In this document: positions 1 through 10,033 of the stretch, piece by piece | How positions within the stretch are numbered: position 1 is the stretch's first letter | Layout of the letters: every line of letters starts with the position of its first letter | NCBI GenBank assembly: GCA_051294375.1 | Contig: CM119267.1 | Location: 15,101,083-15,165,082, forward strand | Direction of reading: 5' to 3' | Origin: Paraspadella gotoi | Taxonomy: Eukaryota > Animalia > Chaetognatha | DNA: 64,000 nt | Position numbers and translations under genes: made by a program | The notes under the pieces: generated by a model | What the model was told of the DNA's origin: nothing | What the model saw: only the letters and a program-made list of their open reading frames with translations | Databases searched by the model: none

Positions 1-161
1 TAGGAGGCGTGGCAGGTGGCGGCGAGTTCTTTGGCGACGTTGAGCCAACAGGGGTCGCTGGAGGCGCCTTCGGTTTGGGAGTAGGGGAGAGAGAAAGAGA
101 GGAGTTATCGATGGATAGATAGGCTTAGTTATATAAACGAAGATGAAAAAAGGGCAGAGAG

Positions 162-193
<32 letters not shown>

Positions 194-2357
194 AGAGACA
201 TACCTACAGACAGACAGACGGACTGACCCACAGACAGAAGAGACACTGAAAAGAACGAAAGACAGATAGCGATCAGTTATTTTGTCGCATTAATACCAAC
301 GACTTACAAATAATCTAAATGGCTATAATCCAGCTGCCTTTATCCTTCACTGGCCTCTCTCTCACCCAAAGCTATGGTGCCTCCCAAGAAGCAAGCGAGA
401 TGATGCATGGTGATATTGTTGACGAACTCGTTCCGCTCCGCGACGAACAAAAGACCGGATGATTGACTCCGCTCCAGCAGCTTCTCCCCCAGGCCCCCCA
501 GCGCTTCGTCGAACATCCTCCCGCGCGCGGCGTCCGTTCGGTTCGACTGCAGCCACGACTTGAGAGATATTCGATGAAGGAGTCGCCTTGCGGACCTACG
601 GTCGCCTCATTGCGGGCCCAGTCGCCCGAGAAACGCGCGATAAACTGAGGAGAGTAAAAGGAAATTGAAGAAAAAAAAATATACACGATTTAAACTCTTC
701 AAGGCAAAAACGCGACTCTCTTCCTTTCGCAGTATACATATGTTTTTGGTCTCCCAGCTCAGTGTTTCGCGGATAAGAATTTCCTCATTTTCATTTTCTA
801 TTTTCTAATTTAAATCTCCCACGTATTCAAGGGCAGGTTTAAACTTTAAAGTCAACCTCCTTCGCTCCGACCTTGGGAAACAAGCCCTTCTCCATCTTAG
901 GACCGGAGTCGATGAGTCGACGGATGCTTTGGACTTTGTCGCGGAAGACGGGGTTTCCGGTCACGTGACTCAAGTAGACGAACTCGAGGTGCAACGTGCC
1001 GACGGAGCGATTGAAGCCGGGACCCAAAATTCGACCCACCAGTCGACCTCGCCTGAGCGTTGTGCGTGGGGGACGGGATGTTTGGGGTCGGGTTTACTCT
1101 TAATTATTTGTTTGTTGCTTTCATCGTTTGTTTTTATTTTAGTATTTTTAGTATTTGAGAGTTAAAAACAATGCGCTATGAATTGAAGAAAAAAAAATAA
1201 CATTTGCTTTATTTATCTACTCTCTGGGTAAGGCACAAGTAAACAAAAATATATACTAACTCCCTCAAAGGCCGAAACGTTCCCGACGAACCAGTCTTCA
1301 AGTCCATGTGTCCGCTCGGAAGCCCGATGGCCACTGAAGGCCTGCAGCAGGACTTCGCCACCTCCGCAGCCTTTTCTCGGAAGAGCTCGTCGCCCGAGAG
1401 AGCGAAGGCAGAAAGGAGGCCGCCGAGAATCCGGATGTTGACCTCGAAGACGGAGGCGCGGCCGGTAACGCGGGGGTTGAAATACTTTGGGAAGAAGAAG
1501 GGTGGATTGTATTAATTACAATCTACAAACTGATTATTTTTCTCTTTGTCGACACGAGTGACAAATTATTGCATTTCTAATCTTATTAATGATTACTATT
1601 TTCAATTAATATACGTTTATTCCATTCTCTAGGTGTTATGATATCCACTGTTCCTTAAATCATTTATCTTTTCCAAAACAATTTTTTTACACATATTTCA
1701 AGCAATATTATATTGCCTGTCATAAGTAGCATTAATAATTAGCTTAGATTAGGTTATCAATCCATCACAACCACTACCGCTCATCAGGATGAGGAAATTT
1801 GCAGTGAAATTAATTTTTCCTTTTTGAACTGAGGTCACCTGGGCGACCCATTCCCGCCCTGCGTCGAACTCTTCGTCCAACTCCATCAAATATAACGTAG
1901 ACAGCGAGTCGATGATGGTTAACCCCAGCCCGTGCGGCAACGGGCCGTTCACGCCTGTCTTTCGTACCGGCAAAAGCTCGTTCTTGCCCCAGGCGTGCCG
2001 CACGTATCCTTGCCAAGCGTCAAGCGCCATCTTGCGAACCAGTTCCCTCTCCTCGTGCCAGACGGCGTCGCGGACAGCGGGCGTGGGTTTCGGTGGGACA
2101 AGAACGGCGAATTCGGCGTTCCGGTGCGGCGACGATCCCCGATGGGGCGAATTCGACGACGAAGACGACGACGAAGACGACGACGAAGACGTCAGCCGAC
2201 ATTCACGCCGGCGATCATTGGCAAACTTCGGCCACACCCACTCCGGCGTAGTCAGTTCCGGAACTTGCGCCGACAGCGCCGCGTAGAGGAATAGTAGCAA
2301 GGCGAGGCGCCGAGTCGAAGGAGGATGTGGCGACGACGAAAAAGACGAAACGCCAGC
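1..2357 (-). CDS. Class I alpha-1,2-mannosidase (GH47, Golgi MAN1A-like), partial: 3' end beyond left edge, start codon not identified; contains frameshifting single-base deletions
   Basis: Exons read by hand with GT-AG boundaries: ~2357-1839 (hydrophobic anchor LALLLFLYAAL, poly-Ser stem, AWQGYVRHAWGKNEL, GLTIIDSLSTLYLM), 1484-1261 (SVFEVNIRILGGLLSAFALSGD), 1052-872 (GTLHLEFVYLSHVTG), 644-366 (GDSFIEYL..KSWLQ..MHHLACFLGGTIALG), 67-1 (AKELAATCHASY). These match GH47 motifs and the exon phases are compatible. Confidence 0.92.
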
Positions 2358-2555
2358 CTGAAGGCGAGAAGGAAGCTGACGAAAACGGAAGGAAAACGGA
2401 GAAACTTCATGACGAAGATTCGAAGAGAGAAAAAAGGGAAGAGAGATTCTTAACTCTTTCATCTAATTTTAACGGAGATTCCTTTGAAAGAGATTTTTAC
2501 GTTATCATGTTAACATGAACATTGTTCAACGAGTGGTTAGACGCTGAAATGGGTC

Positions 2556-2580
2556 CGCCGACGCGGAAATGGCCGCTGAC
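2556..2580. promoter_or_regulatory. YY1/ETS-like motif (GCGGAAATGGCCGC) in the probable mannosidase promoter
   Basis: GC-rich motif about 200 bp upstream of the first recognisable GH47 exon; resembles the YY1 consensus AAnATGGCnGC. Confidence 0.3.
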
Positions 2581-3072
2581 GTGATATAATTTATTGAATT
2601 TTTTGCTTCTTTATTTATTTTTTTCCCCTTTTCCATTGTGATTCAAATTCGATTTCTTTGAGTCATTCAAGCTAATTAGATAAGAGTTCGTCGAAGTTTT
2701 CGGCCCCGGACACAACCCTAACTCTTTAATTATTTGAACAACTGAAAATGTTTTCAAGTTTTTTTGGTCTTTTTTTGTCATGCGAATCATTTTTTTAAAA
2801 TTTATTTATATTTTTTATAACATTTTTCATTATATTTTGTTGTTTATGTTGTGTTGTATTATGGGTAGTTACTAAATTCTTATTGCATAGTCTACCACAT
2901 TTTGAAAATGATTTTAGTTCTCAATCCACATTATGATTGCAGAGGTTAATCGTTAGAGAAATTTCAAATTTTTTTCTTTAAATCTCTTTAAATGTTGCTT
3001 GAAATAAGCTAAATTTCTTACCCCAGTTTCAAAAAGAAAAAGTTTGTCTCTCTAACATAACACTATTTCCAT

Positions 3073-3228
3073 CCAATGAAACCTAAGTGACTTTTGCCAA
3101 ATAGAAAATAAGCCAATGAAAAAATAAAATCTTCAATTAAAAAAAAAAACAACTGAATAGTGAACCCTCCTAACCAATGAAAAAACGAGCAATCTCGTAA
3201 CGTCATGGTTTTCATTCTAAAGGTAAGT
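3073..3228 (+). promoter_or_regulatory. Cluster of three CCAAT boxes followed by ATG...AAG|GTAAGT (possible first micro-exon of a divergent transcript)
   Basis: CCAAT at 3073, 3113 and 3174; ATG at 3205 (MVFILK); consensus donor GTAAGT at 3223-3228. Confidence 0.25.
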
Positions 3229-4289
3229 TTGCTTTGCAATTTGAGTGGTGAGGCAATAGTATATATAAGAAATTATTCTCATGGTCATTTTGGGGAATGA
3301 GTATTTATTATAGAATTCATTAAAATTTTTCGCGTAATACTATTAGTTTTTTGTTGAACTTCCATCAATTATTGTAAAATTCTAACGATTATAAAAGCGT
3401 AAATATTAAATGTTTTCCCTTTCTCCCAACCAGCGTCGCAGAGTTGAGGAATTCAGGAGGGGATTCCGACCCCGATTTAATTCTGGGTAAAAGTAAAAGG
3501 AGAGAGAAAAGGAACCAAAGAAAAAGACTCATCAATAATTCAAGTCTTCCACTTCGTCTAAAGATTCGTGCCGAATTTTCTCCCCCGGGCGCTCTGTGAA
3601 TAAAGTACATCGTTCCGGACGTCTCACTGCGTGAATACTAAATAATATGTTTTATATTTCTTTAATTCCCGTTTAGAATTTGAATTCCGGTTTTTTTTTT
3701 TACTTTTTATTCTTAGCTTACGCTGCTTTTTTGTACTTTCTTATTTACGAGTGTGTATAATAATTAGCGTAGTATTAGAGTTTTGTCTCATCTCACTCTC
3801 TTTTTCTAATTGAAAATCTATATATTTCATCTCTCTCTTTCTTTCTAATTTTAAATCTTATTTTTTGAGTCTATTTCCAAAGCTAATATTGACGCCAAAT
3901 AAAATTGGTAGTTCTTTAAAACTTTCAATAACCCGCCGGAATGCCACAGAGCAATAAGCTCAGTTATTTCGTAATTGAAATGCGTTTACAACTCGAAATG
4001 GATTTCGAAGCGTCTCAAATAGTCTTTTTATGCGCTTTTAATCTATTTTTTCTGGCTTAGATGGCCAATTGTAATGGAGAAGCAAAGGACGGGAGGCAAA
4101 AAGAAAGAGAGAGATGAAGAGACGAGAGAAGTAGAGATGACGAGGAGAGTGAGAGAGAATGGGAGAGCCAGATGAGATTTGAACGAGAGGCGATGAGAGA
4201 GATGAGGAGAGTTGAAGAGCCAATCACACTCGAGATTCTCCCCGCTCCATTTCTCGTTCGTCGACTTTGCGTGGGTCGACGCTTGAATC

Positions 4290-4510
4290 ACGGGTTTATG
4301 CAAATTCATCGCTGGCGGCACTGCCGCTGCGGCTGCCGGTCTCGCCAAAGCCGCTACCGACGACGCCGGTGCCTCTGACACCTCTGGCAACACTGACGCC
4401 CACAGCGCCGACGCCGTCAAAATTACAGCAATGATCAGCGCCCTGCTCAAATGCCACAACTGTTCCCCATTTAAAACATTCATCGCCATCCCACATCCTC
4501 ATGACGTCAT
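4290..4510. promoter_or_regulatory. Candidate enhancer with octamer (ATGCAAAT, 4298-4305) and palindromic CRE (TGACGTCA, 4502-4509)
   Basis: Exact consensus motifs inside a GC-rich island in otherwise AT-rich DNA. Confidence 0.3.
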
Positions 4511-4785
4511 ACCCGCAACTCTCATACCACCCCATACCATCACCCCCCTACTCCCCAATCACCACCGCCACCCCCATCTTTTTCCTCGACCCGCCGGATT
4601 TTTATGAGCCCGGCTCTGCCCCGGGTTCTCAAAATTTTTTTTTTTTCTTCTCGAGTCTCTTACATTAAATTTTCGCGGGTCGGGCAATTTATAACCAGAT
4701 TTCACTACTCGATTTATTTAATCGTTTTTATTCCTTTTTTTTTCATCTGCCTTCTTTTTCCCCATCTTTTTTCATTTTTCCTAGA

Positions 4786-4856
4786 GCAGATGGATGAAGC
4801 TGATGGGGTAGATGGATGAAGCAGAGGGAGCAGATGGATGAAGCAGATGGATAAAG
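4786..4856 (+). repeat. Degenerate minisatellite of GCAGATGGATGAA-like units
   Basis: agatggatgaag recurs 3-4 times. Confidence 0.6.
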
Positions 4857-5207
4857 TGGAGGTAGAAGGTGGAATTTTTAGTAAGAAAATCTATGTACTG
4901 TTTGATTTCAATCGAGGGAATTCGTAGAATATAATTACATTTTATTAATGTTCAGATTATATAATGAGAGAATGCCGATTTGTAAACTTACAATGAATGA
5001 AATATTTAATGAATTGAAGAACGTTTCAAGGATGGAAACCGAAAATTCCATTGAGAAGAGAATCGAATTGACGAAAAAATCCATTTGGAATTTTCGATCG
5101 GAAAGAGAAATAAAATTAGGAATGAAATTCAAGGAATTCGTAATTTGAAAGTTTAACCCGAATCCCTCGCCCCTTAAATCTATTTTCGTTTGGTACATCC
5201 GATTCCA

Positions 5208-5209
<2 letters not shown>

Positions 5210-5288
<79 letters not shown>
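5210..5288 (+). repeat. (TC)n microsatellite
   Basis: Pure dinucleotide tract. Confidence 0.95.
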
Positions 5289-5292
<4 letters not shown>

Positions 5293-6815
5293 ATCCCATT
5301 CAATGGCTGATAGTCGATGCCCCTCCTGTTGCCGAGAAGAAAATCCTTTCCAAGACGGGCGCCGCGTAGGGAACGGTTACTAAGGACGATGATGATGATT
5401 GTCGAGGACGAAAAGATTGGAAAATGCTTGCAAAGGATTCCGCGAAAAAAATTAAGATACAAGTTGGTTGTTTGGAAGAAAAAGCCTCTTTTGGCATTCT
5501 GTTATTCCCAAAATCTTGCTTTACATAATATCTTTTGCCAGTGGGCGTTTTTTATCGAAGTTTGTAGATCATATCTTTCGAGCAAAAAAAAAATGACGGG
5601 ATAAATCTAAATCTACTTGCTTTTCTCGATTTACGCGAATAACGTGTCCACGATGAACTCGAAAAGAAAGAAGAAAAAAGAAAAGAAAAAAAAATTGAAT
5701 GTTTGCTCGTTGGATTCCGTCGATGCCCATCAACGGGCGATAATCGCCGTCGGCCATCTTGATTTTTTTTTCTTTCGATCTTGATCCATCTTCGTTTGCC
5801 TTTTGAAGAAAAAAAAAGACTATCGCCCTCGACGGAAAAAATACCGAGATCGAGGAGAAAGGGAGTGTACGAGAGATTGAATGGATTCCGTGAGAAAAAA
5901 AAAACGTGGTTGCCTAGGAAACGAGAACGAGGGCAAGCCTCTCTCGGAGTCTCGTGGATATTGAAGACTGGAACGATCGTTTCTTGGATTGATAGATTGA
6001 GTCAATGTTTGGGGAATGTCGGGTTCATAGCTCTGGGCAAAATTGTGTTAGGGAATGATTTAGTCGGTCGCCATGTTTGATTGGTTACCATAGTGAATAT
6101 TCGGTTATTCTCGTTACTAACAGTAAGGTTCATTGTTCAATGTCATCGAAAAAAAAGCTCATCCTTTTACTATTACGCAATATGCTATACCCTGGCTGCT
6201 AAAACAACAATGCAAATATTTTTTGCCGTTTTGCGGCATCGACGGCAGCTGTGGCGTTGGCGGCGGTGTTGGCGGCGGAGGCGGCGGCGAAAGCAAAAGC
6301 GTGACTGACGAAGCGTGCGAAAAGGCGTGGCTCGCTAGAGAGAGACATCCTTGCCAAGACGCGTTTACCGCTCGTCTACCGCTTGCTCTTTTTTTTTTTT
6401 TTATCAGACGATTCGTTTTGATTCGAAGTTAATCGATCGGTTTTACGATCGAAGTTGAAGCGTGAAGGCAATTCTTTCCACTTTGACTTTCTGTCGCGGC
6501 TGAAAGAAAACGAAATGTAGCCATTTGTGCGGCTGCCTGTCTGATCTGACTCTGCCGAAAGGAAAAGGAGTATTTTTTTAAATAAAAATAAAATCTAACG
6601 AATTCTAAAAAAAAAAAAACATTTTCGCATTATTAAATTATGCAAAGAGAAAATATATTTGTTTTCCGTCTACGTTGAAAAGCAAATGTAGGTTTAAAAA
6701 TATAAATCTTTCGAAACAAATCGTTTTAAAGTTAAACGTCGTCGCGGTCGCGCAATATTGAAGTCTTCTTTCCGAAGGAGGTTTCTGTGGTGTTGAAGAT
6801 AAGTGACAGATGGAA

Positions 6816-6818
<3 letters not shown>

Positions 6819-6892
<74 letters not shown>
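6819..6892 (+). repeat. (GA)n microsatellite
   Basis: Pure dinucleotide tract; many similar tracts occur throughout the window. Confidence 0.95.
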
Positions 6893-6893
<1 letters not shown>

Positions 6894-8529
6894 GCCAACT
6901 CGTCGCCGTCCGTCTTTTCCGCTTCCGTAGGCACCAAAGATAAAAATTGTCAGAAGAATTTGAAGCTTCGATGGCGACGGTTTCGCTAGGAATGGGGAAA
7001 GGGTGAGAGTGGGAGACAAGAGGGAGGAAGGTAAAGGAAAAGAAACTTTAAATTTTAAAAAGCAAAGGAGAAAAAACCCTTTTTTTTCCAATGTAAAAGA
7101 AGAAGAAGATACGTTAAAAAACACTAACGATTAGCCAAAAGCATTGGGCAGGTGTGGCATAAAGCTAAGTAATAACAAAAGGAGACGATAAACTCAGAAG
7201 AACTGTTAAAAAAAACCGAAAAAAAAAACAAAAGATGGGTGGGTTAAACGATCTTTTCCAATGTAAAAAGATCGCATAAATGAGCACACCGATAAACGTT
7301 TGTAGCGTAACATAACAAAGTTGATAAAAACTGTATAAATACACCGGCCAGACGACATTTCCCAAAGAGATAAAACTTTTAAAAACTCAAAGGAAAGGAC
7401 AACCTTTTTGTCCGAAGTAGGATTCTTTGTAAAACGTTTTTAGAGAATGCCTCAAAAATATAATTGGGAGACAGGCAGGAAGAGAAAGAAGAAGTGATCG
7501 GCTTGGATAAGACGAAGAAAAATCAGGCCTACGCCAATTAAATATAGTGTTGAGGAAAAGAGGAAGAAAGAAAGTAGAAATAAAGAAGAAAAAAAAGAAA
7601 AGAAGAAAACTAGAAAAATAAAGCCAGAAAGAAAAGAAAAGCTTCTTAAGACTCTTCACATTTTAATAAAAAAAAAAGAATCTTGTCAGAAGTGGGAGAT
7701 TGAAAAAAATGAAGGGGAAACAGGCGATCTCTCTTACGCCTACGAAGGCGTTAAAAATTCGGGCGGCCCAATTGAACTTAGATTAGTTTGACGACCGGGA
7801 GAAGGGCGAGAACTGAATAATTCCGGAAGGATGAAAGACGCACTGATGGAAATTTCTCTTAGGTAATATTTTTTTTTGGATAATGTGTGAATATACTGAA
7901 AAGTGTATCTTAATCTTCTAATGCACATACAATGATACGTAAAGTACAATAATTAAAAAGAGCTATTCAATTTATAATGATTATAAAAATTACTCGTCCT
8001 CATATACATTTAAACACTCAAGTTGTACGTTTCTTAATACGAGCTACCACTGCGATAATATTTAAAAAATAAATAATAGAAATTTCGTACGCATTATATT
8101 CTCGTAATGGTCTATTCTGAATTTTTATGTTTATATAGATACGGCGGGTTTTATATTCGTATATATTTTGTTCACATTATAGCTGGCGTTTTTCGTCTCG
8201 TAGCCGTGGGCTTCCAAACGTTACTTTATTTGATTACCCTTCTTAAAAAAAGTAACGGGAAGCTTGCGAGGCCTTCGTGACCGCCGACGGTGACAAGCCC
8301 CCGCCCTCGCCCCCGCCCCCCCGGCCACCGCTTCTCCTTGTCACTCGACCAACCGTCACGCTAATTTTAACGGCGCCAATTTTTTTTTTTTTTTTTTTTG
8401 TGGAACACAAAACTTTTTTTCGCCTCCTTTTTCCCGGCAGACTATCGTTTTTTAAATTAGGCCGATCGATCCGGGGGATTTTTCAGACGATAGCCGGTTG
8501 GTGCTCTCCAGTATAACTTCCCAGGTCTC

Positions 8530-8578
<49 letters not shown>

Positions 8579-8960
8579 CTCTCTCTGTCAGTGTCTGTGG
8601 GCGTCGGTTTCGTCGCTTCAATTCTGTTTCTTTCTCGCGGAAATGCAACACAAAAAATTTGGATTTCGGTGCGTCGACGAGAAATGTTTTCTTCTCACTT
8701 TCTTTTTTTGGAATCCATCTCTCCTTCTTTTTCTTTTCCTTTTTCCCCCTTTTCCTTTTTTTTTTTGCCTCTCTCCACTCTCTTTCCTCCTTATGTCCAT
8801 TATGTCAAAATCGCTTCTCGCATCTTTACTTTCACTTTCCTTGGGAAAAGTTTTTTTTTGGGGAGAAATTCGCGAGTCTGGAGTGAGTTTACTGACTTTT
8901 TTCCCCATTCCTAAAACCCAAATCTCTCTACTCTCTCATCTCTCTCTCTCTTTCTCTCGT

Positions 8961-8998
<38 letters not shown>

Positions 8999-9807
8999 TC
9001 TCTCTCTCCTCCTCTCTCTCTCTTCTCTCAACCGTTCCGCCTCCATTTTTTTCCCTGAAGTAGAATCGGATGATCTTTAGTAACGGAATTCTAAAGATGG
9101 CGGCCGCGAGGAACAACGATGACGCCGACGAAAACGGATCGACGACGACGAAAAGATGACTACGACGACGATAATTTATAATGACAACGACGAAAAAAAC
9201 ATCAATGGTCGCATATGAAAACTTTGAGAACAACGTCGATGACAACAACAACATTCATGACTTGAGTGAAGATGACTGTAATAAAAACGTCGACAGTAAG
9301 GACGACGACGACGACGACGACGACGACGTCAAAAGAGACGATGGCACCATCGTTCGGGTCGTGACCTCGTCGGAGAAGAGCCTCTATAAAAAAAAAAACA
9401 AATGCCTCCTAAGGTCAGGAAGTTCAAGCCTCCCGTCAGCTAAATGTTGGAGTTAAACTCCGGAAGGCGATGGGCAGGGAACGACGACGACGATGGCGAC
9501 GACTAGAAAGACGACGGGGGCTTTTAAAAAGTCAACCAACGGAATCGACTCGCGGCAACTTTGCCGACTCAGGATTTTTATTAAGCTTTTACAATTTTCG
9601 GGTATGATAATAAAATATTGAAACGAGATAATTTAACGACAACGAAGACGATTTTTAAACGAACGGGAGATAATGATACATATAAGATAAATTTACAATA
9701 GTAACAAATATTTTACGAAATCACTCCTATCAGGGCGAATTTAAGCAGCGGATAATATTTATCCAGTATCATAATTTCTAACTAGCTACTAGATTTAAAA
9801 GCATATT

Positions 9808-9813
9808 TTTATT
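9808..9813 (-). terminator. Candidate polyadenylation signal (AATAAA) of the ABCC gene
   Basis: TTTATT on the + strand, about 220 bp downstream of the stop at 10034. Confidence 0.35.
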
Positions 9814-10033
9814 TTCTAGGTCACTAAAATATAAAAAATAACTATATCGTTTATAAAATAAAATTAATAATAGTTGTATTTACAGAGAATTTTTAATGTC
9901 AATACAATTGTATAATTTGTCTAAAACTGTAATCAATGTATTCAAAGAATGAATGAATAAATAAATAAGGCTTAAAATAGTACAATTTTCATATTCGTCC
10001 CTATAGCATAAATTTTTACAATTCTCACAAGAA

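Noticed and set aside
2883-2904. TTGCATAGTC resembles the miR-153 5' end
   Set aside because: Only the first 10 nt match and no hairpin is apparent.
4935-9080. Numerous ORFs with (ER)n, (SL)n or poly-F/K
   Set aside because: Translations of (GA/TC)n and A/T runs with no domain signal; the same applies to most ORFs from 30 to 64 kb.
9181-9456. Acidic 91-aa ORF (poly-Asp)
   Set aside because: Driven by GAC/AAC repeats downstream of the ABCC gene; no recognisable family or splice context.
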